Assembly (NCBI RefSeq): GCF_965276915.1 | Contig: NZ_OZ255709.1 | Coordinates: 4,644,985 to 4,708,984 of the forward strand | Source of the DNA: Stappia sp. | GTDB taxonomy: Bacteria > Pseudomonadota > Alphaproteobacteria > Rhizobiales > Stappiaceae | DNA: 64,000 bases | Reading direction: 5' to 3' | Shown: in pieces, positions 44,349 through 52,594 of the stretch | How the letters are laid out: every line of letters begins with the position of its first letter | How positions within the stretch are numbered: the first letter of the stretch is position 1 | Notes under the pieces: generated by a model | The model's input: the letters and a program-made list of their open reading frames with translations, nothing else | Databases searched by the model: none | What the model was told of the DNA's origin: nothing | Translations under genes and position numbers: made by a program

Positions 44349-45469
44349 TCGGCAGCCTCCCGTGCGGTCTCGTCGTCCTTGCCCGTGCGCGCCGCCTCGA
44401 ACTCGGCGCGCAGCCGCCGGACGAGGTCGAGTTCCGCCTGGAAGTCGACATAGTGGGGCAGTTTCAGGTGCTCCACGAAGCCCGTCGCCTGCACGTTGTC
44501 GGCATGGGAAATGACGAATTCCTCGTCCTGCGCCGGGGCCACCCGGTCCTCGCCGAGCTCGCCGGCGCGCAGCGAACGGTCGACCAGCGCCATCGCCATC
44601 GCCTTGCGCTCTGACTGGCCGAAGACGAGGCCGTAGCCGCGGGTGAACTGCGGCGCGAGCGTGGCCGAACCGGCGAACTGGTTGACCATCTGGCACTCGG
44701 TGACGCGGATGCGCCCGAGAGAGACGGCGAAACCGAGCTCGGGAACGTCCATCTCCACCTCGACCTCGCCGATACGGATCTCGCCAGCGAAGGGATGGGT
44801 GCGACCGTAGCCGCGCTGGGTCGAATAGCCGAGCGCCAGCAGGAAGCCCTCGTCACCTCGAGCCAGCGCCTGCAGGCGCAGGTCGCGGGGCATGGGGAAC
44901 TCCATCGGCTCGCGCGTCAGGTCGCCCGACGGCTCCTCCGGCATCTCGTCCGGATCGCCGGCAAAGGCGCGTTCGATCAGGTCCTCATGGGCGAGAATGT
45001 CGCTCACCCTTGTCAGCGGCTCGCCCTCGTGCTCGCGCGCCGGCGCCGGATCGACCGGCGCATCGGCGACAAGTTCGGGGTCGAGCAGGCGGTGGGTGTA
45101 GTCGAAGGTCGGGCCGAGCACCTGCCCGCCCGGCAGGTCCTTGTAGGTCGCAGAGACACGCCGCTCGGCGACCATCTCGCCCGTTTCCAGCGGCCGTGAC
45201 GCGCCGAAGCGCGGCAGCGTCGTGCGATAGGCCCGCAGCAGGAAGATCGCCTCGATCATGTCGCCGCGCGCCTGTTTGACGGCGAGCGCGGCAAGCGCCG
45301 GCGCGTAGAGCGAGGCCTCCGCCATCACCCGGTCGACGGCAAGTCCCAACTGCTCGACCAGCTGTTCGACCGTGATCGCCGGCAGCGAGCGATCGCCGCG
45401 ACGGCGGTCGGCCAGCATCTTGTGGGCATTGGCGATGGCCGCCTCGCCGCCCTTTACCGCGACATACAT
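44345..45469 (-). CDS. phnI: C-P lyase core complex subunit
   Basis: MYVAVKGGEAAIANAHKMLADRRRGD...GYGRTHPFAGEIRIGEVEV... is typical PhnI. The start shares 1 nt with the phnH stop (TGATG). Confidence 0.9.
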   Translation of the reverse strand: MYVAVKGGEAAIANAHKMLADRRRGDRSLPAITVEQLVEQLGLAVDRVMAEASLYAPALAALAVKQARGDMIEAIFLLRAYRTTLPRFGASRPLETGEMVAERRVSATYKDLPGGQVLGPTFDYTHRLLDPELVADAPVDPAPAREHEGEPLTRVSDILAHEDLIERAFAGDPDEMPEEPSGDLTREPMEFPMPRDLRLQALARGDEGFLLALGYSTQRGYGRTHPFAGEIRIGEVEVEMDVPELGFAVSLGRIRVTECQMVNQFAGSATLAPQFTRGYGLVFGQSERKAMAMALVDRSLRAGELGEDRVAPAQDEEFVISHADNVQATGFVEHLKLPHYVDFQAELDLVRRLRAEFEAARTGKDDETAREAAE

Positions 45470-46095
45470 CAGTTCGCCTCCATCTCGGATTTGCGCGAAA
45501 GCACCGTAGTGCGCGGCAGCGCCATGACGCGCGAGCCGGCGACCAGCACCACGTCGACGCCGCGCGGGAAGAGAGCCCGGTTGTCCTCGCGCTCGCTCAC
45601 GAAGGATTGCGGCAGGCCCTTCGGCGCGATGTGCCACCGGCCGAGGATACCGGGGCCTTCGAGGATGATCTCCTCGCCGCCTTCAAGCGCCTCGACCTCG
45701 ACGACCAGCGTCGTCGCCCGGTCGGGATATTCCTGCGTTCCCGCGTTGAGCGCGGAGAGCGCCGGCATGTCGTCCGCACCGGCAAAGGCAAAGGCCGCCC
45801 TCGCGCTGTCGCCGACAAACGGCGCGCCGCACTGGAAGGCGATCCAGGCGGAGGTGGCCTCGCCGCACAGCGCCTCGGCAAGCCAGACCGGCGTGTCGGG
45901 ATCGCACAGCGCCAGCATCACTGCAGCAGGCCCCGCGCCGAGCGGCGCCGGCGGCGCCAGACCGGCCGGCAGGTCATGGATCGTACCGGGCCGCGCGCTC
46001 GCATCCATAAGGGCGCGAAACGCCGCCTGCGCCTCGAAGACCGGATCGGTGAAGCCGCCGGAAACGGCTTGCACGTCGAACTGGGGCATCGTCAT
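45469..46095 (-). CDS. phnH: C-P lyase core complex subunit
   Basis: Start ATG 46095 (MTMPQFDVQAVSGGFTDPVFEAQAAFRALMDASARPG), the characteristic PhnH N-terminus. Confidence 0.9.
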   Translation of the reverse strand: MTMPQFDVQAVSGGFTDPVFEAQAAFRALMDASARPGTIHDLPAGLAPPAPLGAGPAAVMLALCDPDTPVWLAEALCGEATSAWIAFQCGAPFVGDSARAAFAFAGADDMPALSALNAGTQEYPDRATTLVVEVEALEGGEEIILEGPGILGRWHIAPKGLPQSFVSEREDNRALFPRGVDVVLVAGSRVMALPRTTVLSRKSEMEAN

Positions 46096-46598
46096 CAGTC
46101 GTCTCCCCGGACCATGGTGAAGAAATCGACGCGGGTCGCGGCGGCCTCGCGGCGGGTGCGCGAGGTCTCCGCCGCACGCGCTTCGGCCAGCGGCTCGAGC
46201 ACGTCGCGCAGGATCTCCTCGCGCCGGTTCCCTTCGCTCCACAGTGCTGCGAGCACCGCGGAAAGCCGCGCTTTTTCCCGGTCCTGGCCGAGCGCATAGG
46301 CGTGGCCGACGGCACCACCGGAAAGCCGGACCGTTGCCCGCGTCACCGCTGCTTCCCCGAGATTGAAAGGTGCGCCGTCGCCGCCGATGCGGCCCCGCAA
46401 CATGACAAGGCCGGTCTCCGGCCCGCGCACGGGTGTGGCGTCCGGCAGTTTGCCGAGTGCAGCCGCCGCCGCCGTAATCTCCCCGCCGGGCGAAGCTGCG
46501 AGAATGTCCATCAGCGCCTTCAGCTCGCGGCCGGGATCGCCAGTCCCGCCTGCCGCCCCGGCGTGCTCCGTCCGTGATGTCGTCATGTCCCGCTCCAT
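46095..46598 (-). CDS. phnG: C-P lyase core complex subunit
   Basis: 167-aa ORF at the head of the operon. ...GLVMLRGRIGGDGAPFNLGEAAVTRATVRL... is PhnG-like. Confidence 0.85.
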   Translation of the reverse strand: MERDMTTSRTEHAGAAGGTGDPGRELKALMDILAASPGGEITAAAAALGKLPDATPVRGPETGLVMLRGRIGGDGAPFNLGEAAVTRATVRLSGGAVGHAYALGQDREKARLSAVLAALWSEGNRREEILRDVLEPLAEARAAETSRTRREAAATRVDFFTMVRGDD

Positions 46599-46719
46599 GC
46601 CTTGCAGGCCGGATCCGTCCCGATCCGCCCGCCATCCGCGACCTCCCGGTGAAGAAGGCCGGCGATCGCGGGTTCCGACCCGTCGCCTCGTGCAACCGTC
46701 CTATACCCGCGCCCATTAT

Positions 46720-46739
46720 TTGTCTAGTATTATAGACAA
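46720..46739. promoter_or_regulatory. Candidate PhnF operator: perfect 7-bp inverted repeat
   Basis: TTGTCTA-gtatta-TAGACAA in the AT-rich core of the phnG/phnF divergent intergenic region. Confidence 0.6.
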
Positions 46740-46917
46740 CCGACATTCAAAAGATACAGGCCTCTCATGACGCCGCGATGAAGGCCCGACTACGAATTGC
46801 GCTGCCCCTCGCACCGATATCGGCGCGCCATACCAGGGCGCTTGCCGTCCGCCATCGGGGTTGCGTAGAAGGGAAAGGATCCGCCGCAGGGTTTCGCGGA
46901 CACGGGAAGGGAACGGG

Positions 46918-47667
46918 ATGAGCGGCATCGAACGGCGGACAGGTGTCGCGCTCTGGCGCCAGATCGCCGACGACATTCGCGCGGCGATCGGCAATGGCGA
47001 CCACGAGGACGGCCGCCTGCCGACCGAGGCCGCGCTCGCGGCGCGTTTCGACGTCAACCGCCACACCGTGCGCCAGGCGATCGCGGCCCTTGCGCGCGAG
47101 GGCGTCGTCGAGACCGTGCAGGGTCGTGGCACCACGATTGTTCCGCGCCGGCGCGTCACCTATCCGATCGGCGCGCGCACCCGTTTCTCCGCCGGCCTCG
47201 GCGGTCAGGTCGCGACCGCCGTCACCCGGCTGATCGCCTCCTCGACGGAGGCCGCGGGCGAGGAATTGGCCACGCTACTCCGTGTCGCCCCGGGCGCGCC
47301 ACTGCTGCGTCTCGAGACGCTGGGCGAGGCGGACGGCGTGCCGCTGTCGCGCGCCGTCCACTGGTTCGATGCCGAACGCTTTTCCGGACTGGTCGAGGCC
47401 TATGGTCGCGAAGGCTCGATCACCCGCGCGCTCGCCGCCTGCGGGGTTTCCGACTATGTCCGCGTCTCGACGGAAATCTCGGCGGCACCCGCGACAGGCG
47501 CGGATCGCGAGGACCTTGCCCTGCAGCCCGGCGCCGTGGTGCTGCTGACCCGCTCGGTCAACGCCGACCCGCAAGGCCGTCCCATCCAGGCAAGCCGGAG
47601 CCGCTTCGCCGCCGACAGGGTGACACTGTCCGTCGCCCCGGACGAGACGGCAACCGACCTGCCCTGA
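46918..47667 (+). CDS. phnF: GntR/HutC-family phosphonate regulon repressor (UTRA domain)
   Basis: Start ATG 46918 (MSGIERRTGVALWRQIADDIRAAI...LPTEAALAARFDVNRHTVRQAIAALAREG). Divergent from phnG. Confidence 0.85.
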   Translation: MSGIERRTGVALWRQIADDIRAAIGNGDHEDGRLPTEAALAARFDVNRHTVRQAIAALAREGVVETVQGRGTTIVPRRRVTYPIGARTRFSAGLGGQVATAVTRLIASSTEAAGEELATLLRVAPGAPLLRLETLGEADGVPLSRAVHWFDAERFSGLVEAYGREGSITRALAACGVSDYVRVSTEISAAPATGADREDLALQPGAVVLLTRSVNADPQGRPIQASRSRFAADRVTLSVAPDETATDLP

Positions 47668-47688
47668 CGCCGCCGGGCTGGCGGCGTC
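47666..47688. terminator. GC-rich hairpin between convergent phnF and the HlyD-like gene (no T-tract)
   Basis: gacgccgcc (47666-74) / ggcggcgtc (47680-88), loop gggct. It overlaps the phnF stop codon. Confidence 0.3.
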
Positions 47689-47690
47689 GC

Positions 47691-48932
47691 TCAGTGGCCG
47701 GACAGCACCAGCGTGCGGATCGGGAACAACAGGACCTGCAGGCGCAGGATCGCCGCGTGGACGACGCCGACAGTATCGACCACGTGCAGGAACACGTACT
47801 CGCCGGTCGAAAGCGAGGAATCCGTGGCCAGCCGCTCGTGGTTGCTCGTATAGGCGTTGGCAATGCACTGGCTGCCCGGCGGCACCTCGTCGAGCCCGCC
47901 CGGATAGAGCGGTTCCAGCAGCGCGGTGATCGATGCCGGCCGTGCCATTTGCGAAACGTCCTGGACCCGGTCGCTCGCGGAGACCTGCCCGGCTCCGATG
48001 CTCGCCTGCACCTCGGTGACCACCATCGGAATGACCGTGAAGGGCACGGCGGCACAGGCGATTTCCGCCACCATGCCGACCTTGATCACCTTCGCCTCGA
48101 TCTGGCCGAAACCGGCGGCAATGCGGGCATGCGCCGTGTCGGCCGGAACCAGGAGGCCGGCGGGACGCAGCATCGGATTGACGACGTCCCCGACCCGCAG
48201 GTTGAACTGGGTGATGGTCCCGTCGACCCCGGCATGCACGGTGGTCTTGGTGAGTGCGACGTCCGCTTCCTTCAGACGAGCCCTGGCGCTTTCAAGCCGT
48301 GCCGGCAGGGCGACCGAGATCTTCGTCTCCACCATCTCGCGGTTGGCGATCGCCGCCGCCACGCCGCCCTGCCGGCTGCTGACGGTGTTCTCGAGCCGAT
48401 CGATCTCCCGCTGCGCGACAACATTGGCGTTGCGCGCCATCAGTTCCCGGGTCCTGTCGAGTTCGTCGCTGGCCTGCGTCAAGGCGGCGGTGGCCTGGTC
48501 GACCTGTCCCTGCGCCACCCGCAGCTCCGCCTGGGCCAGGGCCAGGTCGGCCTCGATCTCCCCGACCTGCTTCGTGGCGATCTCGACTTCGGCCTGCTGC
48601 TGGGAACTGTCGAGCCGGAAGATCGGATCGCCCGCCTTGACCGCGGACTCCAGCCCCAGGTCGATATAGATTTCGGCGACCCGGCCGGGCCTGTCGGGCA
48701 GGATCGGCACGGTGCGGTAGACCGAGACCGCGCCGGTCGCCGTCGGATGGTAGTAGAAGACCATCGTTATGACCGAGACGGTCAGCATCGCGCATGTGAC
48801 GATGCCGTAGCGCAGCTCGAACCAGACCGAATAGAGCGTGATCTCCCGGCCGATCCGCTTGCCCTGGACATAGCGGCGGTAGAGATAGTCGGGCAGGATC
48901 GTCACAAGCGAGCAGAAGATGAGCTCGAACAT
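47691..48932 (-). CDS. HlyD-family membrane-fusion-like protein (YiaV-like)
   Basis: N-terminal TM segments, a long coiled coil (QQQAEVEIATKQVGEIEADLALAQAELRVAQGQVDQ...), then beta-barrel-like segments. The overall architecture resembles E. coli YiaV. Confidence 0.75.
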   Translation of the reverse strand: MFELIFCSLVTILPDYLYRRYVQGKRIGREITLYSVWFELRYGIVTCAMLTVSVITMVFYYHPTATGAVSVYRTVPILPDRPGRVAEIYIDLGLESAVKAGDPIFRLDSSQQQAEVEIATKQVGEIEADLALAQAELRVAQGQVDQATAALTQASDELDRTRELMARNANVVAQREIDRLENTVSSRQGGVAAAIANREMVETKISVALPARLESARARLKEADVALTKTTVHAGVDGTITQFNLRVGDVVNPMLRPAGLLVPADTAHARIAAGFGQIEAKVIKVGMVAEIACAAVPFTVIPMVVTEVQASIGAGQVSASDRVQDVSQMARPASITALLEPLYPGGLDEVPPGSQCIANAYTSNHERLATDSSLSTGEYVFLHVVDTVGVVHAAILRLQVLLFPIRTLVLSGH

Positions 48933-48935
48933 GCC

Positions 48936-49466
48936 TCAGTTCCTCCCGGTGGTCTGAGTGTCCGCCGGAGACGGAGACGAGGACGGCGCCGCAGCATCCA
49001 CTTCCCCGGCCGGGGCGGCGGGCGCATCATCAGCGCGGCTTTCCTCCCGGTGCAGCGCATCGGGCATTGGTGGTTGCGTTGGATCCTCGCTGACCGTGTC
49101 GCGCCCGGCCTGTGCAACCGGCTCCCGGCGGGCCAGCACCCTCAGCGATTCGGCGATCGAGCCGATCGGCGTGACGAAGTCCGGCAGCCGGACGAAGGCG
49201 AGCAACAGGGCCGCCACCCAGAACAGGTTGTTGTGCGTGAACAGTGCCAGCAGCGCAAGGATCGCAACGATCTCGAACTGCATGCGGTCATTGCCATGAG
49301 CGATCCGCTCGGGCAGCGAATGCAGGCGCATGTAGAGCGAGCCCAGCGCGACGATCGCAACGACCAGCCCGACGAGCATCGTCGTCATCAACTGGTCGCC
49401 ACCATCGGCATCCGGGAGAAAGAACGGAATGGAATGAGGAGCCAAGGGATGCAGGGATTCCACCAT
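48936..49466 (-). CDS. Small inner-membrane protein, DUF3302/YiaW-like, with Pro/Ala/Asp-rich tail
   Basis: ATG 49466 after GGAGA. Two TM helices flank RLHSLPERIAHGNDRMQFE (compare YiaW ILHDIPYLIAKKRNHPH). It ends 3 nt before the HlyD-like start. Confidence 0.5.
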   Translation of the reverse strand: MVESLHPLAPHSIPFFLPDADGGDQLMTTMLVGLVVAIVALGSLYMRLHSLPERIAHGNDRMQFEIVAILALLALFTHNNLFWVAALLLAFVRLPDFVTPIGSIAESLRVLARREPVAQAGRDTVSEDPTQPPMPDALHREESRADDAPAAPAGEVDAAAPSSSPSPADTQTTGRN

Positions 49467-49710
49467 CAATGTCTCCGCAGCAGGCCTGTATCGAAATCAT
49501 AGGCCCGGCAATACGGTCTGATCCTACACAGCTTCCCGCGACTGGCAATCGACAAGACAGCATCGGGAGACGCATTTTCGCAATCCTCTCAGCTCCCGCC
49601 TTCCGATTGCGCCAGATCAATGCGACGTCATCTATTTAAACTTATTCGAAACTAATAATTTGACGCAAGCCGTGCGGTCGCCACGGCACGGTTCGACCGG
49701 GAGGAATGCC

Positions 49711-51015
49711 TTGATCACCACCAGACGCCAGTTTCTCGCGATGGGTGCCGCAGCCGCGGCTCTGCCAGGCATCGCCGCATCGGCACGGGCCCAACCGGTG
49801 CCGACGACCGCCAGCATCCTGATCCTTGGCGCGGGAGCTGCGGGAACAGCGCTCGCCAACCGGCTGCATCAGCGCCTGCCCGGCGCCCGCATCACCCTGC
49901 TTGACCCGCGCAAGGCGCACTTCTATCAGCCCGGGTTCACCCTGATCGCCGCCGGGCTCAAGCCGGTTTCCTATTCGGTCTCGCGGACAGCCGAGTGGCT
50001 GCCGCGCGGCGTCGAATGGATCGCCGAGGCCGCAGCCGAGGTCGACCCGGAAGCAAAACGGGTCGTCACCTCCTCCGGCACGACGCTTGCCTACGACTAT
50101 CTCGTCGTCGCCACCGGGCTGACGCTGGACTACGCGGCGATCGAGGGCATGTCGACGGACCTCATCGGCAAGAACGGCATCGGATCCGTCTATGCAGGAC
50201 CGGAGCATGCGGCGGCGACCCATGCGGAGATGAGCCGCTTTGTGGAGAAGGGCGGCACCGCCCTCTTCACACGCCCCGCGACCGAGATGAAATGCGCCGG
50301 CGCGCCATTGAAATATGCCTTCATCACCGACGACATCGCCCGCCGCAAGGGCACCCGCGACAAGGTGGAAATCCTCTACGCCGCCCATTCCGATGCCTTC
50401 TTCTCCGTGCCGATCGTCAACGAGAAGGTGCGCATGCTGTTCGAGGATCGCGGCTTCGCCACGGTGAAAAACCACGTCATGACGGCCATCGACCCGGGTC
50501 GCCGCATCGCCACCTTCGACACGCCGGAGGGCCGCAAGGAAATCGGCTACGACTTCACCAACGTCATCCCGCCGATGCGCGCGCCCGATGCGGTACGCTT
50601 CAACAGCCCGCTTTCCTGGCAGTCAGGTCCCTTCGCCGCCGACGGCTGGATCGAGGTCGACCGGCACACGTTGCGCCATCTGCGCTATCCGGATGTCTTC
50701 GCCCTTGGCGATGTCGCCGGCGTGCCGAAGGGCAAGACGGCGGCCAGCGTCAAGTGGCAGGTGCCGGTGGTCGAGGACCAGCTGGCCGCGCAGATCGCCG
50801 GCATCGAGAGCACCACCCGCTATGACGGCTACACCTCCTGTCCGCTGATCACCCGCATCGGCCGGGCGATGCTGGTCGAGTTCGACTACCGCAACAATCT
50901 CGTCCCCTCCTTCCCCGGCTTGATCGCCCCGCTGGAGGAATTGTGGGTGTCCTGGCTGATGAAGGAAATCGCCCTCAAGGCAACCTACAACGCCATGCTG
51001 CGCGGCCGCGCCTGA
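49711..51015 (+). CDS. sqr: Sulfide:quinone oxidoreductase-like flavoprotein (type II-like motifs) with Tat signal
   Basis: TTG 49711 follows GGGAGGA. Twin-arginine signal TRRQFLAMGAAAAALPGIAASARA. FAD fold ILILGAGAAG. HFYQPGFTLIAAG, KCAGAPLKY and YTSCPLIT resemble the conserved SQR Cys motifs. Confidence 0.7.
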   Translation: MITTRRQFLAMGAAAAALPGIAASARAQPVPTTASILILGAGAAGTALANRLHQRLPGARITLLDPRKAHFYQPGFTLIAAGLKPVSYSVSRTAEWLPRGVEWIAEAAAEVDPEAKRVVTSSGTTLAYDYLVVATGLTLDYAAIEGMSTDLIGKNGIGSVYAGPEHAAATHAEMSRFVEKGGTALFTRPATEMKCAGAPLKYAFITDDIARRKGTRDKVEILYAAHSDAFFSVPIVNEKVRMLFEDRGFATVKNHVMTAIDPGRRIATFDTPEGRKEIGYDFTNVIPPMRAPDAVRFNSPLSWQSGPFAADGWIEVDRHTLRHLRYPDVFALGDVAGVPKGKTAASVKWQVPVVEDQLAAQIAGIESTTRYDGYTSCPLITRIGRAMLVEFDYRNNLVPSFPGLIAPLEELWVSWLMKEIALKATYNAMLRGRA

Positions 51016-51026
51016 AGGAAACGACC

Positions 51027-51380
51027 ATGAAGGAACTGACGCTTTCGACCCTGCTCGCGGTCTTCGAGGAAATCTTCGGCACCGCCCTGTTCTGGGCGCT
51101 GGTCGTCACGGCGCTGATCGTGACGCTGGCCTTCGTCTACGTGCTGCTGCGCGACCGCAAGCTGGTCGGCAGCCGCCTGCTGCGGGCCGAACTGACCGCC
51201 CCGCTCGGCGCCATCGCCGCCATCCTCTTCGTCCTGACGATCACCAGTTCCGGTCTTTCGGATCTCGGCGGCCCGGTCGACGCCATCGTCATGATCCTGA
51301 TCGGAGCTCTCGGCGCCGTCGGCCTCACCATCCTCGCCTATGTGGCGCAGGCCGTCATCGAGGGTCGCAGGCAGGGCTGA
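51027..51380 (+). CDS. Small three/four-TM membrane protein downstream of SQR
   Basis: ATG 51027 after GAAGGAAAC. 117 aa, strongly hydrophobic (FWALVVTALIVTLAFVYVLL..., AIAAILFVLTI..., VMILIGALGAVGLTILAYVA). Confidence 0.6.
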   Translation: MKELTLSTLLAVFEEIFGTALFWALVVTALIVTLAFVYVLLRDRKLVGSRLLRAELTAPLGAIAAILFVLTITSSGLSDLGGPVDAIVMILIGALGAVGLTILAYVAQAVIEGRRQG

Positions 51381-51393
51381 AAGCGCGCCGAAC

Positions 51394-52557
51394 TCAGGCG
51401 GCGGCGAGCTTGTCGGCAAGGCCCGTCAGCATGGCAATGCAGGCCTGGAGCTGGCTGACCTCGACGAACTCGTCCGGCTTGTGCGCCTGGGCGATCGAGC
51501 CCGGCCCGCAGACCACCGCCGACATGCCGAACTGCTGGAACAGCCCCGCTTCGGTTCCGAAGGAGACGACATCGGCGCCATTCGCCCCGGTCAGGGCCGC
51601 GACGATGCGCCGGGCCTCGTTGTTGTCAACGGGCTCGAGCCCCGCGACCTCGCCGATGACGTGCCGGACAATATCCGCCGTCCCGTGCACCGCGCGCATC
51701 GCCGGCAGCAACTCGCCGGCCACATAGGCATCGACCTGCTCGCAGATGAAATGCCGGTCGGCCTCGCTCACCGGTCGCAGCTCCCAGTCGACGCTGGCAA
51801 GGCCGGGAATGACGTTATGCGCAACGCCGCCGGCAAGCCGCCCGACCTGCAGCGTCGTCCAGGGAGGCTCGAACCGGCTGCCGTCGGGCGTACGCGCCTT
51901 CAGCACCTCGCGCAGCTCCATCAGGCGGGCGACATAGCGCACCGCGTATTCGACCGCGTTGACGCCGGCATCGGGCACCGAGCCGTGCCCTTCAAGGCCG
52001 CGAAACACGGTTGTGTATTCGCAGCATCCCTTGTGCCCCTCGATGATGCGCATTTCCGTCGGTTCGCCGATGATCGCGAGCGAGGGGCGGATGTCCATGG
52101 CGGCAAGGTCGCCGACAAGCTTGCGCGCGCCAAGGCAGCCGACCTCCTCGTCATAGGTCAGGCACACATGCAGCGGCCGCGACAGCTGTCGGGACGCGAA
52201 AAGCGGCGCCACCGCCAGGACGGCGGCGATGAACCCCTTCATGTCGCAGGCGCCGCGTCCATAGAGACGGCCGTCGGCCTCGCGCATGGCGAAGGGATCG
52301 GCCGACCAGTCCTGGTCGGCCACCGGCACCACATCGCTGTGGCCCGACAGCACGATGCCGCCGTCACGCTCCGGCCCGAGCGTGGCAAAGAGATTGGCCT
52401 TGGAGCCCGTCTCGTCGACCAGCACCCGGGTCTCTGCCCCGAGCGCCCCCAGCCGGTCGGCCGCATGGGCAATCAGCTCCAGATTGCTGTCGCTCGAGAT
52501 CGTGGGAAAGGCGATCAGCTCGCCCAGGATCTCCTTGGTGTCGTCGATGAGTGCCAT
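51394..52557 (-). CDS. M20-family deacetylase (ArgE/DapE type)
   Basis: LIAFPTISSDSN...LSGHSDVVPV...WSADPF...GRLYGRGACDMKG is the acetylornithine-deacetylase-type pattern. It lies 37 nt downstream of the DoeA-like gene. Confidence 0.8.
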   Translation of the reverse strand: MALIDDTKEILGELIAFPTISSDSNLELIAHAADRLGALGAETRVLVDETGSKANLFATLGPERDGGIVLSGHSDVVPVADQDWSADPFAMREADGRLYGRGACDMKGFIAAVLAVAPLFASRQLSRPLHVCLTYDEEVGCLGARKLVGDLAAMDIRPSLAIIGEPTEMRIIEGHKGCCEYTTVFRGLEGHGSVPDAGVNAVEYAVRYVARLMELREVLKARTPDGSRFEPPWTTLQVGRLAGGVAHNVIPGLASVDWELRPVSEADRHFICEQVDAYVAGELLPAMRAVHGTADIVRHVIGEVAGLEPVDNNEARRIVAALTGANGADVVSFGTEAGLFQQFGMSAVVCGPGSIAQAHKPDEFVEVSQLQACIAMLTGLADKLAAA

Positions 52558-52594
52558 CGTGCCGCTCCCTGCCGTTCGGTCCCCGCGAGATGCT

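Noticed and set aside
46599-46917. Pho box upstream of phnG
   Set aside because: I looked for CTGTCAT-type heptamers in this intergenic region and found none. Only the PhnF-type palindrome is present.
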